Source of the DNA: a virus
Lineage: Duplodnaviria; Heunggongvirae; Uroviricota; Caudoviricetes
IMG/VR virus record: IMGVR_UViG_3300020048_000021
Location: 41,848 to 105,847 of that record
Direction: 5' to 3' (one strand)
Length of the DNA: 64,000 nt
Of this stretch, positions 1 through 8,580 are shown piece after piece. The translations under genes were made by a program, and so were the position numbers. The notes beneath the pieces are model-generated. The model saw nothing but the letters and a program-made list of their open reading frames with translations, did no database searches and was not told the origin of the DNA. Position 1 is the first letter of the stretch. Each line of letters begins with the position of its first letter.

Positions 1-2
1 AA

Positions 3-752
3 AAGCATTCAGTTGCTGCTCTTATTGGAGCACCTCCAGGATATGTAGGGTATGGAGAGGGAAATCTAGGTGGCGGTAAGATCATCAATGATTTGAGCAA
101 GAACCCATATTCAATCTTATTATTTGATGAAGTCGAAAAAGCTCATCCTGACGTATATAATCTATTCTTACAATTGCTAGATGAAGGTCGTATCACTGGT
201 ACTAACGGTAAAACAGTTAATGCGAAGAATACCATCGTCATCATGACTAGTAACTTAGGTAGTGCTGACAGCGAACGAAATAATATTGGTTTCGGAGATC
301 AAGATAAATCTGGTGAAGATGATAAGGCTCTTAAAGAATTCTTTAAACCAGAATTGCGTAACCGTATCGACATGATCTGTAAGTTCACTAAGCTTGATAC
401 GTTAGCCGTCAAGAAAATTGTGGTTAAGTTTATCAATGAACTCAAATTGCAACTTATCGAAGAGCATGAACTTAGTTTGAATCTAAGTGAAGATGCAATT
501 GAATACTTAGCTAAAACTGGCTATGATAGCAAAATGGGAGCTAGACCACTAGCTCGTAAGATTGATGAATTAATCAGAGTACCGCTTGCTAAAAAGGTAT
601 TATTTGAACGATTGAAACGTGCTCAGATCAATGTTATTCTAAAAGATGATACAATTGAGTTTGAGATTACTCAAAAATTGTCAGAAAATATGGCAGTAGT
701 TGGTCCAGATGGAATCATCTATGTTAAAAGTGATCCGAGTGATAACGCCTGA
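3..752 (+). CDS. clpA: ClpA/ClpC-type Hsp100 AAA+ ATPase, C-terminal part (5' truncated by window edge)
   Basis: Frame open from base 3: LIGAPPGYVGYGEG, Walker B LLFDEVEKAHPDV, IMTSNLG, PELRNRID, MGARPL; IGF loop present. Confidence 0.9.
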   Translation, partial: KHSVAALIGAPPGYVGYGEGNLGGGKIINDLSKNPYSILLFDEVEKAHPDVYNLFLQLLDEGRITGTNGKTVNAKNTIVIMTSNLGSADSERNNIGFGDQDKSGEDDKALKEFFKPELRNRIDMICKFTKLDTLAVKKIVVKFINELKLQLIEEHELSLNLSEDAIEYLAKTGYDSKMGARPLARKIDELIRVPLAKKVLFERLKRAQINVILKDDTIEFEITQKLSENMAVVGPDGIIYVKSDPSDNA

Positions 753-1509
753 TAAATTTAAGATAGACAAGTCAAGACTAAGTTTATACTTTGATAAGTT
801 TCAGTATAGACTTAGCTTGAATATGTCAGCCATTCACTATTTTAGATACATTAAGAATAATTCAGATTATGACTCTAGAGTAATTAGTCTTAGAGAACAT
901 TTATCTTCGGGTTCTGACAAGAATTGGAATGGATTTGTATATCAGCCGTTTGGCGCCAGCCGTTCATTTGCAACTATTTCTGATAATCTTCCTAGCATTG
1001 AAGCGTATTCATTATGGAGAGAAACAATAAGTGTGCCTACTGATGTTATGATTAGAATTCAATGTGACAAGTTGGATGTGTATTCGAATAAAATGTCGAT
1101 CTTTCAGTCATTGTTAGATAAACTTGATTCGGTCAATGATTTCTTAGATGTAAAATTTTTAAAATCAAAGCCGATGAAGAATTTTGAAAAGGGGATTGTA
1201 TATAGAGAAAATCCTAAATATAAATTCAGAATCTATTTGTCTTGTGAGCTTAGAACGATAGAGCAGATAAAACAATTTAATGATACACTACTACGCTATG
1301 ATATCAATCTCAGTAAATCTCTGATAAGTTGGATAGATAGCAGTGAAGTTATGGCAGAAAAGAGTCCATTCTCGACAACACCCGGAACATGGTCATGGCC
1401 TCATTTTAGTTTTGATTTTAACGACGAATCTATTATCACTATACTATGCTTACAACATCAAGAATGGATTGGAAAAGTGTGTCATATTGAAAAAAAGATA
1501 AATACTTAA
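700..1509 (+). CDS. hypothetical protein (start uncertain; ATG at 709 or 721 more likely)
   Basis: 269-aa ORF filling the gap after clpA; no motif recognised. Confidence 0.7.
   Translation: MVQMESSMLKVIRVITPDKFKIDKSRLSLYFDKFQYRLSLNMSAIHYFRYIKNNSDYDSRVISLREHLSSGSDKNWNGFVYQPFGASRSFATISDNLPSIEAYSLWRETISVPTDVMIRIQCDKLDVYSNKMSIFQSLLDKLDSVNDFLDVKFLKSKPMKNFEKGIVYRENPKYKFRIYLSCELRTIEQIKQFNDTLLRYDINLSKSLISWIDSSEVMAEKSPFSTTPGTWSWPHFSFDFNDESIITILCLQHQEWIGKVCHIEKKINT
1497..1504 (+). promoter_or_regulatory. T4-like late promoter GATAAATA
   Basis: Matches the recurrent upstream motif; 17 nt before ATG 1522. Confidence 0.65.
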
Positions 1510-1521
1510 CGGAGCAATAAC

Positions 1522-1686
1522 ATGGCAAAGATACAAGAAGAAGTAATCGTAATTAAATTGAGCAAGCTAGTTAAGGACAACGTAGACGTTGAATCAATTA
1601 CCACTAATGATGTTATTTCAGCACTGACTGAAGTAACTGAACAGTTGGTCGGAGTAGGAGTTGTAGTAGAAGTAGAGTTAGCGTAA
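1522..1686 (+). CDS. 54-aa hypothetical protein MAKIQEEVIVIKLSKLVKD... (absent from ORF track)
   Basis: GGAG RBS at 1511-1514, late promoter upstream, abuts next ORF; better supported than the antisense 1506..1742 ORF. Confidence 0.8.
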   Translation: MAKIQEEVIVIKLSKLVKDNVDVESITTNDVISALTEVTEQLVGVGVVVEVELA

Positions 1687-1687
1687 T

Positions 1688-2086
1688 ATGTCTCAGGGAA
1701 CAATTCAGACTCTAATACCACAGACAGCATATCCTGGGCCACCTGGAACAGTATGTGCGATTACTGGATTGAAAAATCAAGCAGCGGCATACTATCTTGC
1801 CAATAGCGACCTTCAAACAATTAGCTGGACTCTAGGTCCCGGCCCACAGCCTAATAATCAACCAGCAAACCCAGTGTTTATTGGAAATGTTTATATTCAA
1901 TCTAGCATTAGTACTAGTCCTAGCAGTGATGCAGATTGGATCACAGTATATCAACTACCAACCACTCCCGAGACTAACAATGTTCAGACTGGATACTATA
2001 ATCTAGTTGGAAATTATGTATGGTTGAGAGCCATTGTGAATAATTGGACACAAGGGCCAATTTCAGTAATATCTGCTAGTTATTAA
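1688..2086 (+). CDS. hypothetical protein, beta-rich, possibly virion structural
   Basis: 132 aa, late context; GNVYIQSS...GNYVWLRA segment resembles the C-terminus of 34194..34991. Confidence 0.7.
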   Translation: MSQGTIQTLIPQTAYPGPPGTVCAITGLKNQAAAYYLANSDLQTISWTLGPGPQPNNQPANPVFIGNVYIQSSISTSPSSDADWITVYQLPTTPETNNVQTGYYNLVGNYVWLRAIVNNWTQGPISVISASY

Positions 2087-2087
2087 C

Positions 2088-2273
2088 ATGAATAAATCAC
2101 AACTTCTACGTCTGATAAAAGAAAGCAGACAGCTAGTTAAAACTGCCAGTCCAGAGCAGAAGTTGCGGTTGCTCAAACTCATTAAAGAGAGTTACAGAGA
2201 AATAAAACAACAACAGCTTATCGTTGAAGATGAAGTCGAATCAAATTCCAGTGATTATCTAGACGAGAAATAA
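2088..2273 (+). CDS. hypothetical protein (61 aa)
   Basis: Tightly packed ORF, helical and charged. Confidence 0.65.
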   Translation: MNKSQLLRLIKESRQLVKTASPEQKLRLLKLIKESYREIKQQQLIVEDEVESNSSDYLDEK

Positions 2274-2325
2274 ATTTTTCGAGTGTCTTTATTGATATTA
2301 AATAGTATATCAATCAGGATACATA

Positions 2326-3276
2326 ATGACCAAAAAACTCAAAAACACAATTCCAGTAGATGCTATTCTAGAATTAGCAGATAAAGCACCACAGGCAGCA
2401 AGTATCGGCGGGACAGCACCATCGCCAGATCAAGCAGCAGATCCAGTTGCAGTGACTGATAAAAAAGAACCAGCTCCGCCAGCAGCAAATCCAAATCAAA
2501 TTCAAATTCAAGTTAACGTAGAATTTCTAAAAACTACACGATGTCATATTGGTATGCCATGTTATGGCGGTCAGTTGACTGAATCGACGTTCATGAGCTT
2601 TATTAAATTCAGTAACACTGCACGTCAGTATGGATTAGATTGGACATTAGAGACGATGGTTAATGAATCATTGATTTCAAGAGCAAGAAACACTCTTACT
2701 GCTAAATTTTTACATCAGAAAGAATCAACTCATTTGATGTTCATCGACGCTGATATCGGTTGGGAATCATGGCATTTATTAGCATTGTTGAATCATGACA
2801 AAGACATGATCGGTGGATTATACCCAATGAAGACTATGCCTATCAAGTGGGTAGTTAACGGATTCGACGGAGCAGAAGAAGGCGAAAATGGTCTTCAAGA
2901 AGTTAGCAAAACTGGCACTGGATTTTTGTTGACCAAGCGTGATGTGTTTGCTAAAATGTCTAGTCATCCAGCAGTAAAAGCATATAAGAATGACATTGGC
3001 TTAGATCCAATCTATGATCAGTATCTTCGTACATATTGGGATACTGCCGTTCGTCAAGGTCGTTATTACAGCGAAGATTGGACTGCCTGTGAGAACTGGC
3101 GTGATCTAGGTGGTCGTATTTGGGTCGATAAGCGTATTATGTTGCGTCATAGTGGTTCATACGTATTCTGTACTGAGAACCAAGATGCATTGTTGAATAG
3201 CATTGGCCCAATGTACTTAGAAGCACTGATTAAGCAAGGTAAAGCACAGTTGATTGAGCAACCTCCAGTAGCATAA
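2326..3276 (+). CDS. GT-A fold glycosyltransferase-like protein with Pro/Ala-rich N-terminal extension
   Basis: IGMPCYGG, SLISRARN, DxD motif MFIDADIGW, GTGFLL, YYSEDWTAC. Confidence 0.75.
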   Translation: MTKKLKNTIPVDAILELADKAPQAASIGGTAPSPDQAADPVAVTDKKEPAPPAANPNQIQIQVNVEFLKTTRCHIGMPCYGGQLTESTFMSFIKFSNTARQYGLDWTLETMVNESLISRARNTLTAKFLHQKESTHLMFIDADIGWESWHLLALLNHDKDMIGGLYPMKTMPIKWVVNGFDGAEEGENGLQEVSKTGTGFLLTKRDVFAKMSSHPAVKAYKNDIGLDPIYDQYLRTYWDTAVRQGRYYSEDWTACENWRDLGGRIWVDKRIMLRHSGSYVFCTENQDALLNSIGPMYLEALIKQGKAQLIEQPPVA

Positions 3277-3278
3277 TC

Positions 3279-4022
3279 ATGAATGAGATCATTACGACCG
3301 CAGACGGTATAAAGTATAAAATAATTGGGAAAAATGATCTCATTAGTAGAATTATTGCAGTCAATGGAGATTATGAACCAGAACTCAAGCAGTTATCTCA
3401 GTATTTTTTAAATACGAAACCTGGAACTTTAATCGACATTGGCGCAAACATCGGTACATATTGCATACCAATGGCTAAGAAAAATCCAGATACTTCAGTG
3501 ATAGCATTTGAAGTTCAATCTACGATTTATAAACAATTGTCTGAAAACATTGCACTAAATGACATAGAAAATATAAAAGTATATAATCACGGATTATCTG
3601 ATCAAACTGAAACTATATCAGCTTCTATTCCAGACTATGGATTAGAAACTAATATTGGTGCTTTTTCTTTAGACGAAGATGTACGAAAGAATGATTATGA
3701 AATTTCTACCACATCAGGCACTGAAAGCTTTTCTCTTTTTACGTTAGATTCTCTTAACATTGAGAATGTATCAATGATAAAAATTGACGTAGAAGGAATG
3801 GAATTGAAAGTTCTGAAAGGCGCAGCAGTCACTTTAGAAAAGAATAACTATCCACCTATCATATTTGAAGCATGGACATGGAAGCCATTTTATCAAGCTA
3901 GAAGAAAAGAACTATATGACTATTTAAACGAAATAGGATACAATATTATTGTGTTTGGTGAAAATAATTTAGCTCAACACAGATCAAATCCAAATCAAGT
4001 TACACTAACACTAAATCAGTAA
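3279..4022 (+). CDS. FkbM-family SAM-dependent methyltransferase
   Basis: LIDIGANIG, AFEVQ, MIKIDVEGME, PPIIFE. Confidence 0.9.
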   Translation: MNEIITTADGIKYKIIGKNDLISRIIAVNGDYEPELKQLSQYFLNTKPGTLIDIGANIGTYCIPMAKKNPDTSVIAFEVQSTIYKQLSENIALNDIENIKVYNHGLSDQTETISASIPDYGLETNIGAFSLDEDVRKNDYEISTTSGTESFSLFTLDSLNIENVSMIKIDVEGMELKVLKGAAVTLEKNNYPPIIFEAWTWKPFYQARRKELYDYLNEIGYNIIVFGENNLAQHRSNPNQVTLTLNQ

Positions 4023-4047
4023 GATATCAGTAGTTCTGGTAATTATC

Positions 4048-4054
4048 ATAAATA
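4048..4054 (+). promoter_or_regulatory. late promoter ATAAATA
   Basis: Directly upstream of ATG 4059. Confidence 0.65.
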
Positions 4055-4058
4055 CAAG

Positions 4059-6749
4059 ATGAACTTAAAAGAACTAGATAACTTCTCACTAAGCGACGCC
4101 ATTAAATTTCACGATCAGTTGAATCCTGCTCTCTTTAATGACGAGCATATGAAACCGGAAGTCAGACACAAACTGTTAGAAATTTCAGAAGAGTTTGTAG
4201 ACTCATTGGGCATCAATCAACTACATATTAAAGATATTGTAGTGAGTGGCAGCAATGCTGCCTATTCATACACAGATCATAGTGATATTGATCTACATAT
4301 TATCACTGATATGAATGAATTTAATAATAACAATATCTACTTAGAATTATTCACTGCAAAAAAGAATATATTCAATGATGATCATAACATTAAAATAAAA
4401 GGGTATGACGTAGAAGTTTATGTTCAAGACTCGAATAAGCCAGTTAGAACATTGGGCGAGTACAGTGTATTGAACAACAAATGGACTAAACTTCCGTCCA
4501 AGCGTAGAGCTAACTTTGATCAAAGTAGCGTTGAACTTAAATTTACTAAGTTAATTCAGTTAAGTGAGTTAGCATTACGTGATACTAATATAGATAAATT
4601 ACAAAATCTACTAGCAACACTCAGAAAGTATCGTCAGGCTGGTCTAGACGAGCATGGTGAGTTTGGACCAGAGAACCTAGCATATAAAGCGTTGCGTACT
4701 CACGGTTACGTTGATAAATTATACGATCATTTAAATGATTTAATTAGTAAAAAATTAAGTTTAGATGAAATGATAGCAGAGCAACGAGAGCCATTGGTAT
4801 GGCTCAAAGGCAAACTAAGTGGGTCATATACAGACAAGCAACTTAAAGACATGGGTGCTAGATTGCATAATGGTCAATGGGTAATGACTAAGGCTAGGTT
4901 TGATACATTGATCAGATTGGGTCAGTTACGAGAGTCTACGAGTAGACTCAGTGTGACGAAAGACTTAAACGAATTTGCCTCAGGAAGCGGTGACGATGAT
5001 TTCGGAAATAATATAGTATCTTTAGATACAGTTGCGAAAATAATAGCCATGGAGTTTGGCAACAATGTTACTATAACCAAGGGAACAAATAAGAATCAAC
5101 CATCGTTTAAAATTTCACCTAATAATCAAAGCAATAACTCTATTAGAGTATGGACTACAAGACATCCAAGAACAAAGCAGGTAAATCCTACCTATAACAC
5201 CATTCTATTCATTGATAACTACGGTAAACGAGTCGAGACTGCTAAAAGCAGTACATATGCCAATGCTTTATCTACAGCTAAGTTGTTGAAAAAACCACAA
5301 GATGTAACTGAAAACACAAGCTCTATCAGACTTAAAGATTTAGCAAGAGTTTCTGTCAATATGCCAGATGCAGATTTTTGGATAATTCGCAAAGGTAGTG
5401 ATAAAACAGTAGGCACACCTGTTAAAGAATTTAATCCAGAACGAATTGGTGTTAAAATTGTGCGTACTGACGTGCTTGAGCCACAGTATCTTTATTATGC
5501 AATAATGCATCTTCACAATCAAGGATATTTTGCTAAAGTGGCAGTTGGTACGCTCAAGTTAGTTAATATTAAAGTAGCCGACGTTGCCAATATTTCACTT
5601 GGTCAGCAAACGGTAGATGAAGATTATCATTCAAGTGATCGACCACCTGGTCCAGAATTCCCTCCTACTATGCCTCGTGGTACTGTTAAAGTAGATGTTT
5701 CTGACGTTTACGATTGGTACAAGTTGGGACAACATATTAGTAATTTGAAAGGTTTAGGTAAACATGATTTTGGTAAAGGACCGCCTAGCACTATAATATC
5801 ATTTGGCGATGAAGACACTGAACACAAATATATTAAAGATTTAGAAAAGACTGGATTGTCAACGACTGACATTGACCCGTCTGATCCTAAACAACCAAAA
5901 AATATGAAACGTCAAAAAGTTGATCCGACATATAACGTAGCGGAAGACAAAATAACATTAAGTACCGATCCTAATTGGTATGGTGCAACAATTAATAATT
6001 ATAAAGCAACCGGTCCGGTGGTCAATATACCCGTTAATCAATTAGTTGGTTTTGAGCCAGATGACAAGATGAATCAACCAAAGAGTAAAGCTAATGTTGA
6101 AAAAATAGTAATGGGATTAAAGCGTGGTGATAAACTTCCTCCATTGTTAGTTCGTAAATACAAAAATGGGTATCAAGTATTAGACGGTCATCATAGATTT
6201 TGGGCATATAAATTAGTAGGAACAAAAACTATTCCGGTACAAGTTGTTCCTGATTCTGACATAGAAGAAAAAAGTCAGCAAGTTGTATCAGAAGCCACTC
6301 CTTTTCCAAAAAGTAATGATTATATCGCCGATGAATTAGATAAACTACAGCAGTATTGTGAACAAAATAATATGATCAACTTAACAGAAGTCGTAAAAGC
6401 ATTAAGTATGATGTTCAGAGAGTCCATGAAGACCGGAATTGAAATGTTCTATTGGTTGAAAAATGAAGACTATAGAAGAGCTAAATGGATTAATAAAAAT
6501 CTTAAGACTGTTGGAAACAAAATCGATCTTTCATTATTAATTAGAAGAGAATTAGCAAGAAAGAAAAATCGTGTGACTGAAGCTAGTGGATACATTCCAA
6601 GCGAAGCAGAGAAAAATGATCCACGTTTCAAGACCGCATTAACAGTAGACATTCATCCTAATACGATGAAACAAAATGCCAAGAAATTAGGTTCTAAAAT
6701 ATCTAGAGCAGGTATTCCTCCAATTCTGAAACCATCCGGTAAAATATAA
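4059..6749 (+). CDS. multi-module protein: Pol-beta-type nucleotidyltransferase, unknown modules, HsdS-TRD-like module and ParB/Srx-like module
   Basis: GS..DxD motif VSGSNAAYSYTDHSDIDLH plus DVEVYVQ; ParB/Srx-like LPPLLV..YQVLDGHHRFWA; modules bounded by [LV]xE. Confidence 0.75.
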   Translation: MNLKELDNFSLSDAIKFHDQLNPALFNDEHMKPEVRHKLLEISEEFVDSLGINQLHIKDIVVSGSNAAYSYTDHSDIDLHIITDMNEFNNNNIYLELFTAKKNIFNDDHNIKIKGYDVEVYVQDSNKPVRTLGEYSVLNNKWTKLPSKRRANFDQSSVELKFTKLIQLSELALRDTNIDKLQNLLATLRKYRQAGLDEHGEFGPENLAYKALRTHGYVDKLYDHLNDLISKKLSLDEMIAEQREPLVWLKGKLSGSYTDKQLKDMGARLHNGQWVMTKARFDTLIRLGQLRESTSRLSVTKDLNEFASGSGDDDFGNNIVSLDTVAKIIAMEFGNNVTITKGTNKNQPSFKISPNNQSNNSIRVWTTRHPRTKQVNPTYNTILFIDNYGKRVETAKSSTYANALSTAKLLKKPQDVTENTSSIRLKDLARVSVNMPDADFWIIRKGSDKTVGTPVKEFNPERIGVKIVRTDVLEPQYLYYAIMHLHNQGYFAKVAVGTLKLVNIKVADVANISLGQQTVDEDYHSSDRPPGPEFPPTMPRGTVKVDVSDVYDWYKLGQHISNLKGLGKHDFGKGPPSTIISFGDEDTEHKYIKDLEKTGLSTTDIDPSDPKQPKNMKRQKVDPTYNVAEDKITLSTDPNWYGATINNYKATGPVVNIPVNQLVGFEPDDKMNQPKSKANVEKIVMGLKRGDKLPPLLVRKYKNGYQVLDGHHRFWAYKLVGTKTIPVQVVPDSDIEEKSQQVVSEATPFPKSNDYIADELDKLQQYCEQNNMINLTEVVKALSMMFRESMKTGIEMFYWLKNEDYRRAKWINKNLKTVGNKIDLSLLIRRELARKKNRVTEASGYIPSEAEKNDPRFKTALTVDIHPNTMKQNAKKLGSKISRAGIPPILKPSGKI

Positions 6750-6771
6750 TATTCTTTGAGTGTTAGAACTC

Positions 6772-6779
6772 TATAAATA
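6772..6779 (+). promoter_or_regulatory. late promoter TATAAATA (exact T4 late consensus)
   Basis: 25 nt before ATG 6805. Confidence 0.75.
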
Positions 6780-6804
6780 AAGTCACTAACACCAAGGAAT
6801 ACAT

Positions 6805-7479
6805 ATGCTTGATGCATCGAAAACAGTAGACACAATTAAGATTCGATTTTATATCGACTGGCTCTATAACAATCACATACACGCAGACGGCGAAAACGCC
6901 AATGAAAAAGAATTAACCACTAAGATAATTACCGATCTCATTGATCCATTAAATTTACCAAAGACTGCAAAAATTCTAGATTTGGGATGCGGCGCAGGAT
7001 ATTTTCTAGATGAAATGAAAGCTCGTGAGTATACTAATCTCACTGGCGTAACATTGAGTGTGGATGATATTAAACTATGCACCGACAAAGGACATAATGT
7101 TCAACAGCTTGATTTTAGTTTTCTTCCACAAAGTGCAGGGTACGATGACGAGAGTGTAGATTTTATATTCTTGCGCCAAGCACTAGAACACAGTCCATTT
7201 CCTGTAATTACGCTCATTGAATACAATCGAGTATTGAAACAAAATTCAAAAATATACATCGAAGTTCCAGCACCAGATACCACTCAGAATCACGAAGCAA
7301 TGTTAAATCATTATAGCGTACTTGGATCTAATCAAGTGGCGGCGCTGTTAACTAGAACTGGATTTGATGTTGATTGTTTTAAGACAATTGAATTTGACAT
7401 TACCGCCGATGACGTAACTACAAAAGAAAAATTATTTTGCATAATTGCTACTAAAAAAAGAGCATTGGACATTAAATAA
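6805..7479 (+). CDS. class I SAM-dependent methyltransferase
   Basis: ILDLGCGAG, ESVDFIF, LEH, RVLKQN, IEVP. Confidence 0.88.
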   Translation: MLDASKTVDTIKIRFYIDWLYNNHIHADGENANEKELTTKIITDLIDPLNLPKTAKILDLGCGAGYFLDEMKAREYTNLTGVTLSVDDIKLCTDKGHNVQQLDFSFLPQSAGYDDESVDFIFLRQALEHSPFPVITLIEYNRVLKQNSKIYIEVPAPDTTQNHEAMLNHYSVLGSNQVAALLTRTGFDVDCFKTIEFDITADDVTTKEKLFCIIATKKRALDIK

Positions 7480-7527
7480 ACATAATAACAACAAATTTCA
7501 GCATGATATAGATTGTTTAGTACAATA

Positions 7528-7534
7528 CTAAATA
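7528..7534 (+). promoter_or_regulatory. late promoter CTAAATA
   Basis: 7 nt before ATG 7542. Confidence 0.6.
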
Positions 7535-7541
7535 CTATATC

Positions 7542-8192
7542 ATGAAAATCAATCAAATTATAGACGAATATACTGACACTGATCCAGAAATCATTAAATA
7601 TCTCACTCATCCAGATAGAGGTTATAAGTTTTTAGGGAAAGGAAGCGATCAAACATCATTTCTTGAACCGAGAACTGGACAAGTTCTTAAAATATTTGGA
7701 ACTAAAGATGATGTTGCACTTTCTCCATCGGGAAAAAGAAAAAGACCAATATTCTCAAAAGATCAAAAAATGTTCTTTACTTGGGCCAATTATTGTAATG
7801 ATAATAGTAGCAATCCATTTCTACCTAAGTTCTATGGTTTTGAAAGTTTTTATTGGAAAAAACATGTATACTTACAAATACGTCAAGAGCATTTAATTGA
7901 TTTACGACCAACTTGGGGATGGAAGCTATACAATATGTCAACTGATGCGGAAATGGGTGATAGTTTTGATGAAATGATTCAAAAATATAACTTAAACAAA
8001 GAATTATATGATCATTTTGAAAAAACCAGCGGAAAAGATAGTTTAAAACTATTTTACAAAACTATGAGTAAACTTAGTCGCATTGCTGAGGGAAAAGGAT
8101 GGACATTTGATCTAAATCCTAGAAATTTCATGATGCGAAACAATGGGACAATAGTTATTCTTGATCCATGGATAGTTGAAGAAGAATACTAA
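7542..8192 (+). CDS. protein-kinase-like fold kinase with CTS-like N-terminus
   Basis: Gly loop FLGKGSDQ, VLKIF lysine, LPKFY, catalytic DLNPRNFM, metal-binding ILDPW. Confidence 0.75.
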   Translation: MKINQIIDEYTDTDPEIIKYLTHPDRGYKFLGKGSDQTSFLEPRTGQVLKIFGTKDDVALSPSGKRKRPIFSKDQKMFFTWANYCNDNSSNPFLPKFYGFESFYWKKHVYLQIRQEHLIDLRPTWGWKLYNMSTDAEMGDSFDEMIQKYNLNKELYDHFEKTSGKDSLKLFYKTMSKLSRIAEGKGWTFDLNPRNFMMRNNGTIVILDPWIVEEEY

Positions 8193-8197
8193 ACAAC

Positions 8198-8225
8198 AAA
8201 CTCTAGAATAATATCTAGAGTTTTT
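8198..8225 (+). terminator. Rho-independent terminator
   Basis: AAACTCTAGA-ataata-TCTAGAGTTT stem with T-tract after the kinase stop. Confidence 0.75.
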
Positions 8226-8236
8226 GCGTTATAAAA

Positions 8237-8243
8237 CTAAATA
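8237..8243 (+). promoter_or_regulatory. late promoter CTAAATA
   Basis: 7 nt before ATG 8251. Confidence 0.6.
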
Positions 8244-8250
8244 CTACACT

Positions 8251-8580
8251 ATGGCTACACAATTTTATAAAACGTTAGATGATATTCTAAAACTAAAAGA
8301 AGAAAACGCTCAGCGTATTCAAGATCGTATGTCTGAATTATCAGAACACACTATCAACTCATCATATGATGATGAGCTAGCAACACTAAAAGCAAATTTG
8401 AAACAAATGGGCGTCAGTGATGGATCATTTGAGGGACAGTCAATTGAAGATAAATTCATTGACAAAAGTAGAAGACTAGAATTCATTAAAGAAAATAATA
8501 TCAAGCATGGTTCGCCACGCTGGTTTAAAGTTATGTATGCCAAACCAGAATTAACGGGTGAAGACCCGTTTGGAGAATAA
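8251..8580 (+). CDS. hypothetical protein upstream of terminase (start moved from 8224 to ATG 8251)
   Basis: The track start lies in the terminator, upstream of the promoter; conserved-looking C-terminus IKHGSPRWFKVMYAKPELTGE. Confidence 0.7.
   Translation: MATQFYKTLDDILKLKEENAQRIQDRMSELSEHTINSSYDDELATLKANLKQMGVSDGSFEGQSIEDKFIDKSRRLEFIKENNIKHGSPRWFKVMYAKPELTGEDPFGE

Noticed and set aside
1506-1742. 78-aa minus-strand ORF in the track
   Set aside because: The plus-strand 1522..1686 ORF has an RBS and late promoter and fits the gene packing; the minus ORF is its shadow.
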